This document shows positions 27,291-39,067 of a stretch of 64,000 nucleotides of DNA, piece by piece (the stretch's first letter is position 1; each line of letters opens with the position of its first letter). A program made the translations under genes and the position numbers. A model generated the notes under the pieces. It was not told where the DNA came from. It searched no databases and worked only from the letters and a program-made list of their open reading frames with translations. This DNA is from Octopus vulgaris (lineage: Eukaryota): the NCBI GenBank assembly GCA_951406725.2, contig OX597815.1, positions 131,068,001-131,132,000 on the forward strand. Reading direction: 5' to 3'.

Positions 27291-27671
27291 TGTTATTGTT
27301 ACTTTGATTCTAAAAGGAGAACTAATATAATTAAAATTAGTGGTCTCATTATAATTTATAATTAATTTAAGTGAGATCTAATTTAAGTGAGGAATTATCC
27401 TTTGGAATAGATTAGGTGCAATAGAATAAGACAGTGTTTTTTGCTAAATATGGGCCAATATCTATACTATGTGGGGGAAAAGTTTTCTTCAGAATGGAGA
27501 CATGTATTTTAGGCTGGAATGGTGGCTTCTAAACTACGAGAAAGGTTATACCAGCAGACATGTCATTTCCTACTTCTATTATTTCAAATATTCATCAATA
27601 CTATCATCATCATTATCATCATCATCGTCGACCCGTCAAGCCAAATGCAACCATTCAACTTTTGAACATTG

Positions 27672-28008
27672 GGCCTGTTGGAGGCAAAGTGGCTGAGTTC
27701 CTTTCGAGTGTTGGGCCTCATGGAGGTGAGGTGGCTGAGTTCCTTTCAAGCAGGCCTCACGGAGGCAAGGTGGCTGAGTTTCTTTTGAGCATTGAACCTC
27801 ATGGAGCCAAAGTGGCCGAACTCGTGGGCCTCATGAAGGCAAAGTAGCTGAGTTCCTTTCAAGTGTTGGGCCTCACAGAGGCTAGATGACTGAGTTCCTT
27901 TTGAATGGGCCTCATGCAGGCAAGGTGGTTGAGTTCTTTTTGAGTGTTGGGCCTCATGGAGGCAAAGTGGCTGAGCTCCTTTCGAGTGTTGGTCCTCACA
28001 GAGGCAAT
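27672..28008 (+). repeat. About 42-bp minisatellite, about 8 units, inside a family C element (about 27630-28175)
   Basis: Same unit as 672-935. Confidence 0.9.
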
Positions 28009-28744
28009 GATCAAGACCTTTGTCATTATGTCATGCTTGAGAAGAAGTCCTATCAAGCCAAACAAAATCACAGTTGTGGCAGATACCGATGTTACTCTCG
28101 GAGTGGTTGGCATTAGGAAGGGCATCCAGTTGAAGAAAACTGTTACAAATCAGACTGGATCCTGGTGCAGTTTTCCAGTGTTTCCCATGCTAGCATGGAT
28201 TTGGTGGTTGGAGAGGAGCTGATGAGCCAGAGGACTGCATTTTACATGGCACCAGCATTAGTGAGGCCACCAAGTAACTTGCAAGGCAAGGCACTTCAGC
28301 TGAGTGGTGCTGTCATAATGATGGAGATGACTTAATTCCCATTTCCAACAAAAACCTTATTTTAGAGCTGTGCTCCAGCATGGCCAATAATAGTACATAG
28401 AACATTTATTAGTAATATCTGTTGGCAGATATCCTACATACAAATGCAAAATATGAAACAAGTGCATTAATTTTCTCTAATTTTTATTATTTATCTTGTT
28501 GCTTATTTTCCTCTGTATGATATCGTCATGAAACTGATTGTTTTGGCTCTTATCCATGTATAAGAAGTGATAGTTCACCATACATATTTATTGTGAACTT
28601 TGACAAGATGCAATGATGTATTGAAACAGCTGTAATATTCCAAGCAATAGTTTCATTAATAAAATATATCTAGACTCTTTGTATATAATATATTGTTGAG
28701 TTCTCTATTGAGCTCTGGTCTCTGACAGTTATTCAAAAATTGCA

Positions 28745-28776
<32 letters not shown>

Positions 28777-29449
28777 GTATGTATACATCTATACATACAT
28801 ACATACATTCATACATGCACACATATAAGAATAAAGAGTTATTAATGAAGGATTGTCAACTTTCATAAGTTCTCGGTTGATACAAATACATCAGGCTCCC
28901 AAAATTGTTTTAGATTGGTAAAGAATTCTGTGTAAGTCTATAGCAGGTTCCAAGATTATAGTCCATCATCATGATCATCCAGTGTTTTAAGTCCGGGTTT
29001 TGTCCCTGTTAACAGGGGTGGCTGAATTCACCTCAATGCCATAGCAACTGAGGTAGGCAGGTGCAGCCCACCCCAACCTTTAAGCTGGCTTGTGCACATT
29101 CTTCTTTACTGTCATGAGGCTTTTTCAGAGCTGGATTTTCTACAGGGAGCATACCCTTGCTTACCCCTGACCTCAGTTTCTAGACATCAGTGGTCCCAAG
29201 ATTATGTCCTCTACCATGATTTTTAAGAAATGTGGTGGAAGACTGTCTCAAGAAGGCGGGGACACTACTCCCTAAGACCCTTTTTGGAGCCTTCCTACCT
29301 GTATGGTCTATCATCCTTCTGTTTTGTAATTTTTGAATGCATTCCCAGTTAAACTGGTCTTTCATTCAGAGTGATATACAAGGAAAGGTACAAATAAAGG
29401 AATACATAAGCCCATTGTGTATGCCTTTTCTTGTGTATGTGAGTGTATG

Positions 29450-29509
29450 TAGTGGTTAGGATTTCTGGTTTTCACCCAGGTGGCCTGGGTTCAATTCCCA
29501 GCATGGGAA
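29450..29509 (+). pseudogene. tRNA-Glu(TTC) relic lacking the 5' acceptor strand
   Basis: tagtggttaggatttctggtTTTCacccaggtggcctgggttcaattcccagcatgggaa matches eukaryotic tRNA-Glu D-loop to acceptor 3' strand; the first ~12 nt are replaced by TG-rich sequence. Confidence 0.8.
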
Positions 29510-29689
29510 CACATTCTTGGGGTGTTAAGAAGGCATCCAGCCATAAAAACCATGCCAAAGTAGTAATGTAGCCCAGGCTGGCCAGCTCCTGTCAAACCAT
29601 CTAACCCATGCCAACATACAAAACGGACGTTAAAGAACAAGGATGATAATGATGATGAGGAGGAGGAGGGGAAGGATAATATCTCTTTA

Positions 29690-29838
29690 ACTCTTTTATT
29701 TGCTTCACTCATCTGACTGCAGCCATGCTGTAGCACCGCCTTTAGTCACTTTTGCTGAACTGCTAAGTTACAGGGACATGAACACACCAGCATTGGTTGT
29801 CAAGCGATGGTGGTGGTGGGACAAACACAGACAGACAA

Positions 29839-29890
<52 letters not shown>

Positions 29891-30052
29891 GACAGGCTTC
29901 TTTCAGTTTCCGTCTACCAAATCCACTCACAAGGCTTTGGTCAGCCTGAGGCTATAGTAGAATACATTTGCCCAAGGTGCTATGCAGTGGGACTGAACCC
30001 AGAACCATGTGGTAGATAAGCAAGCTACTTACCACGCAGCCACTCCTGTGCC
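29690..30052 (-). mobile_element. SINE family A copy
   Basis: Reverse complement of the family A type with an internal deletion. Confidence 0.85.
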
Positions 30053-30315
30053 TATGTTTTTTTCTATCTGAGGAAATGGGTATTCCAATAGTTTTCTATT
30101 CTGTTGTTTCTCGTCCAGTACCAGTACGTTTAACTCAGCCAACATCAGCACTTTTATTATTATTATTGAAATAACAAAGAAAGTATAAAGTCTGTTATGT
30201 TATTTTGCTCTCTGGCACATGGATGGACTTCATCGCAAATATCATTCACCTACCAATAACACATTCTACTATAACTCACTCCATACATGCATACATACAT
30301 ACATACATACATACA

Positions 30316-30349
<34 letters not shown>

Positions 30350-31087
30350 CATATGTACACATGCATTCACCTATATTTCAGTTAGTTCTGAGAAATGATA
30401 TCAATTTTTATTCTTCTTCCCTTTTCATGACACTGGGAACAGTATACACCAAATACACACACACATATATATATGCATATGCAAATATATATGTGTGTGT
30501 GTATGTATGTATGTGTGTATATATAAGTATGTATATATATATAAGTATATATATATATATATATATATATATGTCGATATATATATAAAGAGGAAGAGAG
30601 AGATATATGTATTACATACATACATGCATACATACATACATTCATATATATATATACACACACACTCACATACTTTATCTTGTCCTCATTTTTCTTTTTA
30701 CTTAATATTGTCTGCAACTTATATTAAAAGTTTAGCTTTTGTGTAATGTTTTCATGTGACTTTCACATTGATTGAAAAAGGAATTCTTACTACTGTTCAC
30801 CTCCTCCTCCTCCTCCTTCTCCTCCTCCTCCTTTGTTTTTTAAGCTTTTAAATCTTATTCTCTTGTTGGTTGTGTTGAGACTATGAAAAGAAATCAGTGT
30901 TCTGGTTATATTAAAACCAAAGCTGGGAAAAAGAAAAAATACAGAAAAAAAAAAAACATTGATACACAATCATTCCATCACCATATCCATAAATAAAAGT
31001 GATCATTCTTTTGTCTGCTTGTATGTTTGCATGTATGAATGTATGTAATATGTATGTGTGTGTGTTTTTATATATATATTCATATAT

Positions 31088-31487
31088 AGGCGCAGGAGTG
31101 GCTGTGTGGTAAGTAGCTTGCTAACCAACCTCATGGTTCCGGGTTCAGTCCCACTGCGTGGCACCTTGGGCAAGTGTCTTCTGCTATAGCCCCGGGCCGA
31201 CCAATGCCTTGTGAGTGGATTTGGTAGACGGAAACTGAAAGAAGCCTGTCGTATATATATATATGCGTGTGTGTGTTTGTGTGTCTGTGTTTGTCCCCCT
31301 AGCATTGCTTGACAACCGATGCTGGTGTGTTTACGTCCCCGTCACCTAGCGGTTCGGCAAAAAGAGACCTATAGAATAAGTACTGGGCTTACAAAGAATA
31401 AGTCCCGGGGTCGATTTGTTCGACTAAAGGCGGTGCTCCAGCATGGCCGCAGTCAAATGACTGAAACAAGTAAAAGAGTAAAAGAGT
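31088..31487 (+). mobile_element. SINE family A, young full-length tRNA-derived copy
   Basis: Pol III A-box-like tggctgtgtgg and B-box-like ggttcagtccc, internal (TA)n(TG)n, tail (gtaaaaga)n; many copies in the window. Confidence 0.9.
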
Positions 31488-31510
31488 ATATGTATCTCTC
31501 TATCTCTGTA

Positions 31511-31545
<35 letters not shown>

Positions 31546-31613
31546 TTATCTGTCTATCTATGTATCTACCTACCTACCTACCTACCTATCTATTTATCTA
31601 TCTATCTATCTAG

Positions 31614-31657
<44 letters not shown>

Positions 31658-33065
31658 ATATATATATACATACATGTATGTAGCATACATATGTATATTT
31701 TTGTAGTGTATATAATTATATGTGCATGTATATATGTATGTAATATATATATATATTACATTCATACATAAGCATGCACATATATTATATATATATATAT
31801 TTAGTATGTATGTATGCAGTATGTATACGCACACATATATGTGTAAGTATGTATATTATGCATGAAATGTTTAAATAATATATTTCTCTTCAGTTGCCAT
31901 ATCATTTTCCTACTTGCTGCATTATTTATAACCCAAGTATTTTAATATTCAAAGAAATATATTTATTTTACCAAACAATGTTTCAACTTTGCCACAATAC
32001 TATCTTTCAATACTTAATCTTGACTATTTGTAATAACATCTTACTTAGTGCTTTTTTTTGTGGAACGGTATATAGGTTTCTGTTGAAGTGAATTCTCACT
32101 AAATTAGAATTTTTTTTTTAAGCAACTTCACTTGCAAAGGTAGTCATCATCATCTTCAGTATCATTGTAGTCGTTGTTGTCATCTTCATCATCAGTATTG
32201 TTGTCGTCGTCGTCATCATCATCATTATTGGCATCACCAGTACCAGCATCAGCAGCAGCATTAGCTTTACCACCACCTCCACCATTTGTACAGTCATTTC
32301 TTACCACAATGTCACTGCTCTGATACCATCAACACCAACACCACTGCCACTCCCACAGCCTCCCTCCCACAACTATCATCACCGTCAATGTCATCATCTT
32401 CATCATTATCACTGGCACTACCACCACCACAACCATCCTCCACTCACCTCCTCCCTCAGGCCCTCCCTTTCCCCATCTCCATTTCTTCCTTCACCACCAT
32501 CCTCTCCTCCCTGTCAATATCCCTCTCCTCATCCTCGTTGTTGTCGTTGTCATCATCATCATCATCATCATTTTGATGTCCCTGTTTCCATTTGGCAGTG
32601 TCATCTGCTGGTGCTGATGAAATTTTGTCAATTGATAGAATCTTTGCTTTTTATAGCACATAACATCTCTATTGAGATGATTTCACAGGATGATTACCAC
32701 ACTCTGTGCTAATCAAAATAACACACCAAATTTAAGTTAGATGTGCTAATTAATATTCATTTGAAAAAAGCAGCTTCTATTGCTACTAGTAAATTTATAC
32801 ACAGCCTGCCAGCCTTTTGGGATATTTCTGACTGTTTAGTCAATGCCAATGTATCTATTTGACAGATTTTGATCTGGCATTCGATGCTTAGATGCCTGCT
32901 ACTGAGGATTTGCAATTCACCATGAAATCACATGACACAAGAATGTCATCAGCTGCTGCTGACAAACTCTCATCAACCGATAAAATCTTTACTCTCTATA
33001 GCACCTACCGTCTGTATTAGTTTATTTCTCACGCTGATTGCTGCAGTCTGCAGTGTTGAATCAAT

Positions 33066-33328
33066 ATATGCATACATACATACATATATATATACACACA
33101 CATATATATATATACATATATAAATATACACATATATGTATATATATATGTACACATATATATATATACACATATATATACACTTATATGTATATATATA
33201 TCTATGTATATACACACACATATATATACACTTATATGTATATATATATCTATACATATATATACACACATATATGTGTATATATATATATATGCATATA
33301 GGTATATATATATATATGTATATGTATG

Positions 33329-33369
<41 letters not shown>

Positions 33370-33402
33370 ATATATATACACATATGTATATATATATATA
33401 TG

Positions 33403-33434
<32 letters not shown>

Positions 33435-33435
33435 A
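33066..33435. repeat. Compound (TA)n/(CA)n microsatellite
   Basis: Directly visible. Confidence 0.95.
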
Positions 33436-33613
33436 TAATAAATATTAGGGAATAAATCCAAATTTACAGGGAAAAAATCAGATTTAGGATTAAATCCAAT
33501 TTTATAGTAAAATATTATATAATATTAATTCGAGACAAAACCACTATTTTGCAAAACAAACAAGGAAATACTTAATCAATACATAAAAATTTTTAATATA
33601 AAGAAATAAACCG

Positions 33614-33656
33614 CCACTACAATCGTTTCATGTCTTCAATGACATTCCTCAGGTGG
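33614..33656 (-). ncRNA. Minimal type I hammerhead ribozyme (intact core)
   Basis: ccac-CTGAGGA-atgtc(attgaa)gacat-GAAA-cgattg-TA-gtgg on the minus strand. Confidence 0.8.
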
Positions 33657-33743
33657 ATTTTCGATCTCCTAAGCTGTTTTAATTTAAATTTAAAATTTAA
33701 TTTAATTTAATTTAAAATTAAAACAGATTAGGAGATCGAAAAT

Positions 33744-33786
33744 CCACCTGACGAATGTCATTGACGACATGAAACGATTGTAGTGG
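33744..33786 (+). ncRNA. Minimal type I hammerhead ribozyme (intact core)
   Basis: ccac-CTGACGA-atgtc(attgac)gacat-GAAA-cgattg-TA-gtgg; predicted cleavage after GUA at 33782. Confidence 0.8.
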
Positions 33787-33871
33787 CGGTTTATTTCTTT
33801 ATATTAAAAATTTTTATGTATTGATTAAGTATTTCCTTGTTTGTTTTGCAAAATAGTGGTTTTGTCTCGAA

Positions 33872-33923
<52 letters not shown>

Positions 33924-34335
33924 ATATATACGTATATATATATATATATACATATATGTACATACATACATCTATATGTATATATACATGCATATATGGG
34001 TACAGGAAACCAAAAAGACGTCAAACACAATGAGAAACGAAAACATAAAAACAAAACCATGGAAACGAACATTTTTTTAAACAACGAAAAAACAGAGTAC
34101 AAAACATACAACACAAGGAAAATTTCCCTTCTTCAGCCACCCCTGCTTCATCTACTCTTTGTTTCGAAGGTAAGGGCGAGACACAACTTTGTTGAAACAG
34201 TCCTTCCCGCAAAGCAAATTAAATGAAATTTGGGAGTTTTTGCGGAGGGGTAAAAGTGGTAACAAAAACAGGATATTGAAAATATTTGGAGTCAACAAAA
34301 AGGAGTATTTATTTTTTAAGTACATTTATTTTTTA

Positions 34336-34440
34336 ATCACTGCAATTGTTTCTATGCAACGTAGTTCACCAGGCATGCAGGTAATTAATTATGCAACTGT
34401 TTCCCTGCATTATAGATCTAGTTGTGTTACCTCAGGTGAT
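34336..34440 (-). ncRNA. Degenerate type I hammerhead with extended stem II
   Basis: atcac-CTGAGGT-[long hairpin including atgcagg/cctgcat]-GAAA-caattg-CA-gtgat; two core deviations; stems I and III match 63371-63475. Confidence 0.6.
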
Positions 34441-35691
34441 ATGTAAATATTTTTTCTGTAAGTTCAGATTCCCAGCTTTAAGAACATCCTCTGTGTCTGT
34501 TGTGGCATGAATTTAGTAGTAGTCACTGAGTTTATCAAGGTGTGCTGTTGTTGAAGGACCATTAAGAAACTGCTTTGAATGTGTGGATGTAGTGGATGGT
34601 GATTCTGCTACTGTTAAAGTGGTTGCTGTTTTAAAGGGATTGGCATTTGATTTCTCTGTACTGTTGATTTGTTCTTCATGGTTGGTTATACATGCGATTG
34701 TCCTTAGCTGCCCTTTAAGAATCAGTCTATATGTACACGTACATGATTGTTCACATATACATCCATATATGTACAAACACTTGAAAAAATACATACCCAA
34801 ACGTACACACACACACACATACATATATACAAACACACATGCATGCATATACGGATATATATGAGCACTCACATACACATATACAAATAGATGTACATAT
34901 ATACACATACATGCATTTACATACACAGATGTGCACAAGTGTACACACACACACATATATATGTAGGTACTTACACTTCAGACACTGTTAATCAACGGGA
35001 AAATCACACAAACACAAAGTCACCAAATAACTACAAAAGTAATAATAGACCAAATCATTGCAGCTGCTGCATGAAATCTGTATGACCACCCAGGAACCAT
35101 TGCATGCAAAAGAATATCACATACAAATGCACAATCACCATGCCACAGCATAAATATGCATACATAGGAGCCTGCAAAAACCATTTAAAGGCCCATTATT
35201 GTTACCATGTCTCCTCATTCTGAAAGATAAGCTGGTGACACACAATATCACTAGCAGACATAATAAGGAGATTAAAAGAAGGAAAAATAGAATTTGAAAT
35301 AAAAGGGTCAATAATAAAAAATATATACCCAATAATATACTATCTAGTGTATGTGACTTGTGCCTTGAGGAAGCCTTGTACATCCTGTTAAGAAACAAAA
35401 ACTTGGTAAACAAGCATGCTGAGAAAATATCAAGATGTTGCCACCATGCCAGGTTTGCATTTTCCAAATACAGCACAGTGAAATAATAATAATTCAGTGA
35501 ACTCTCTCTGTCCCCTTCACCCTATCCATGTGTGTGTGTGTTAGGTTTTATTTCTGTATATATGTTTGCATGCCTGTCCACGTGTTTAGTATGCATGAAT
35601 ATATGCATCTACATATATGTATGTGTGTGTATGTATACACACACACACACACGCGCACCTGTATATGTATATGTATGCATGTGTGTGTGTG

Positions 35692-35741
<50 letters not shown>

Positions 35742-35750
35742 TATGTATAT

Positions 35751-38403
35751 CTGAGCACAAACCGTCCTGCGGTATTCTACCCACAAATGCTCAACCTACA
35801 ACCAATTCGATGCCGTCTATTGCAAGCTGAGCCTATCTGAGTTTTGCCTGCCCGTGTTGGCTGTCTACAGTCCGCCTCTAGCCGACCCCCAGGACGATGC
35901 TCATCTACTCGAAGCGATAAGATTCGTTTCAGCTTCGCATGACTGCTTGGTACTAGGCGACTTCAACGCTCCCACGATCGATTGGCCCGCATCAATTTGT
36001 ACAACATCTTCCTGGTTCGGCCAGGCCCTTCTTGACGTGGCTGAAGATTGTTTTCTATCGCAACATGTTGAATATCCGATAAGGCATCGGTCTGGGCAGC
36101 AGCCATCTATGCTAGATCTGGTATTCTCCCGCTATCCAAGATCAGTGTCAGACGTATCTGTGTGCGCCCCTCTTGCCAAGAGTGATCATGCGGTCCTGAA
36201 GTTCGTCATGCACACAACTTTTTCCATGCCCACGATTACTTCGCTGCCACGTAGAGTCTTCTCTGCAATTAATCTTGAAATCCTAACCGAGGCTTCCGCG
36301 CTTCTGGACTGGCGTTCCCTGATGACATTGTCCTCAGTTGACGAACTATGGTCATCCCTCAAAGCATATGTAATCTGTTTGACTGACCAGGCAGTTCCCG
36401 TTGGACTTCCCAAGAGGAAGAAACACAAGCCCTGGGTGACGAAGAAGGTTAAACGAGAACGTCGACTCAGAGATATTGCTTGGGCTGAATTCAAAAATCT
36501 GGATTCGACTGTAGCTTTTGAGGTGTACAAAACTCAACGAGACCGAGCCGTGAAAATTGAAAAGAAAGAACGCTTCAGTTATGAATACAAAATCGCGGCA
36601 AATGCCAGTAGCAGTCCAAAAACCTTCTTTGCCCATGTCCAGCGGAATTCCCGCTTGAACAACCAGATTGCAACGTTGGTAGACTCAACAGGCGTATCGA
36701 TTGAGGACCCTTATCAACAGAGTCAATTATTTGCCGAGGCTTTTTCAACTATTTTCAAACAAGATGATGGTCGTGAACCCCCTCCATTTGATAGATCGGT
36801 ACGTCCAATGCTTCGATTGATCATCACGCGGGACCAAGTCAAACGTGTTATTCAAGGCCTCGATGTCAACAAGGGTCACGGCCCTGACGGCATACACCCA
36901 TGGGTTATCAAAGCGTTGGCTCCGGTCATCTGCGAGCCCTTAACACGACTATTCAATATGTCATTGGCGACGGGTGTTATACCTGCAGACTGGAGAACAG
37001 CGATAATCTGCCCAATTTTCAAGAAAGGGAGCCGCGAAGACCCGCTTAACTACCGACCGGTTTCCCTTACATCAATAATCAGCAAGATGTTCGAAACCAT
37101 CCTTAAGAAAAGTATGATGCTCCACCTCCTAAACACAGCCTCGATCACTGATTCCCAACACGGCTTCGTGCCGAAGAGATCATGCTTTGACCAACTTACT
37201 AGTAATGGAAGAATTGGTGACGCGCATCCTCGATGATAGTGATGCTGTTGACATCGTTTTATTGGACTTTGCCAAAGCTTTTGACTCGGTAAACCACCGC
37301 CTACTACTTGTCAAGCTTCAAGCATATAGTTTCCATCCAGATATTGTACGATGGGTTGGTGCCTTCCTCTCAGATCGCTCCTTCCAAGTTCAAGTTAATG
37401 GTTCGCGGTCCGACGTCTCCAGTGCGAGCAGTGGCGTGCCTCAAGGTTCAGTGCTTGGGCCCTTGTTGTTCTTAGTCTTCATAAATGACTTGCCCAACGA
37501 CCTCACGCAACACACCCTTCTATTTGCCGACGATATCAAACTGGTCGCTCCTCGCGGTAGTATAGAGGATCTTCGTCGATGCCTCCACCAAATTTGGAAG
37601 TGGTCTAACGATTGGGACCTGTGTCTGAACGTGTCGAAGTGCTGTCATCTGCCTGTCGGCTCTACTCCTGCATCTCAACTTGATTTCGAGCCGGGTCGTC
37701 TGCTGCTGGAGAGGACTGATCAGGTAAAGGACCTGGGTATCTTGGTGGATTCCTCCTTTTCGCCTTCGGCCCAGTGCGTCCATGCTGCCAACAAAGCGCG
37801 CGGAATTCTGTTTTTGATTCGACGGTCATTCGGAATGCTCACAGCAGCCATATTCCTGCCACTCTATGTCACGCTGGTGAGACCCATATTGGAGTATGGG
37901 ATTCAAGCCTCTTCTCCTTATCTCCTCAAAGACATACAGCACCTCGAAAGAGTCCAGAGGCTGGCTACCCGCATGGTTCATGGTCTCAAAAATTTGTCCT
38001 ATGAAGAAAGGCTGAGGACGCTCGACCTTTGTTCTCTTGAAAAACGCCGCCGCCGTGGTGATCTCATTCTCGCCCACAACATCATAAGTAGGAAGTGTAA
38101 CCTCTTGAAAGAGCTGTTCTTCACTCCTGCTCCGGAGCGTCGGCTGCGGGGTCATTCCGAAAGCTCTACCTGCGACGATTTCATCTCAATCGAAGGAGAG
38201 GAGCTTTCTCCGTCCGGGTTGCGGATCCGTGGAACAAGCTGCCAGACGAGATGGTGAAGATGCCGACGACCGCTTTGTTCAAAGCCTCCCTGGACCTCAA
38301 GTGGCCTGAACTCTTTACATGAACACCACCCTGTACTTAACTCCATGTCCCCCTACATGGCCTTGCTATTTGCTTTTGAGCCAAATTAACTAACTAACTA
38401 ACT

Positions 38404-38406
<3 letters not shown>
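35751..38406 (+). mobile_element. Young 5'-truncated CR1-clade LINE (APE endonuclease + reverse transcriptase)
   Basis: APE motifs LGDFN, LDLVFS, SDH; RT motifs GPDGI, NYRPVSLTS, QHGF, LDFAKAFDSV, GVPQGSVLGPLLF, FADD, KDLG; GC/CpG-rich relative to its flanks; (TAAC)n tail at about 38387-38406. Confidence 0.95.
35854..38322 (+). pseudogene. LINE ORF2 with two single-base frameshifts
   Basis: Track ORFs 35854-37236 and 37187-38257 join at ttt 37186-37188 (RSC|LTNLL). A second shift at aaa 38160-38162 restores GHSEKLYLRRFHLNRRRGAFSVRVADPWNKLP...PELFT* ending at 38322. Confidence 0.9.
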
Positions 38407-38445
<39 letters not shown>

Positions 38446-38541
38446 GGGCTCCTAAATTAAGATGCCGAGTGCTGGGAACACAAAAAGGGGATGAACTTAT
38501 CGAGAGTGAAAATCAAAAACGTTTACCGATAACTTTATCAA

Positions 38542-38613
38542 CTCGAACCGCGGTTTCTGCTTCTTTCCAGCAAAACACAGAATATGTTTGCTAAGGCTAG
38601 CTTTGTCAGCGAG
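38542..38613 (-). ncRNA. Type I hammerhead, unit 1 (core CTGACAA)
   Basis: ctcg-CTGACAA-agc..ttagcaaa..tttgctgg..gca-GAAA-ccgcgg-TT-cgag. Confidence 0.7.
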
Positions 38614-38995
38614 TCGCCTAAATTTAATCGAGGTCTGCAGCGATGTGGGACCATGTGTTGAACCCGACTACTAGCAGATCTTAACTTTTCAAATCTCTGC
38701 GCAGACGCAAAACTTACACGGCAGTATAGGGCATGCCGGGAAGAATTTTGCGAATAAATCCATCATGTAATATGCGAATATAAACAAGAAGGGTAGTAAT
38801 ATTATTTACTACCAGGTGCCCAGCACAAAAGACGAATTAGTCATAAGACAAAAATATTATTCATATAGAAAAATATTATTCATGTAGTTATACAATTAAG
38901 GGCTCCTAAATTAAGATGCCGAGTGCTGGGAACACAAAAAGGGGATGAACTTATCGAGAGTGAAAATCAAAAACGTTTACCGATAACTTTATCAA

Positions 38996-39067
38996 CTCGA
39001 ACCGCGGTTTCTGCTTCTTTCTAGCAAAACACAGAATATGTTTGCTAAGGCTAGCTTCGTCGGCGAG
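38996..39067 (-). ncRNA. Type I hammerhead, unit 2 (core CCGACGA)
   Basis: ctcg-CCGACGA-agc..ttagcaaa..tttgctag..gca-GAAA-ccgcgg-TT-cgag; combining the two units gives canonical CTGACGA. Confidence 0.7.

Larger units (their letters stand above)
33516..33884. repeat. Near-perfect fold-back inverted repeat, about 170-bp arms, centre about 33700
   Basis: 33516-33685 is the reverse complement of 33715-33884 with about three substitutions by eye; AT-only spacer; flanked by (TA)n. Confidence 0.95.

Noticed and set aside
29438-29509. Functional tRNA-Glu gene
   Set aside because: The 5' acceptor strand and part of the A box are missing and there is no oligo-T terminator; called a pseudogene.
31003-31771. 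Recurrent ORFs such as RHLPKVPRSGTEPGTM (also 39560 and 46339)
   Set aside because: They are translations of SINE family A, not a gene family.
31894-32091. 65-codon ORF behind a good acceptor site
   Set aside because: Very AT-rich, no recognisable protein and no convincing partner exon.
34970-35220. Minus-strand exon-like segment with strong splice signals and hydrophobic translation
   Set aside because: All three frames contain stops and no homology was recognised; at most a non-coding or decayed exon.
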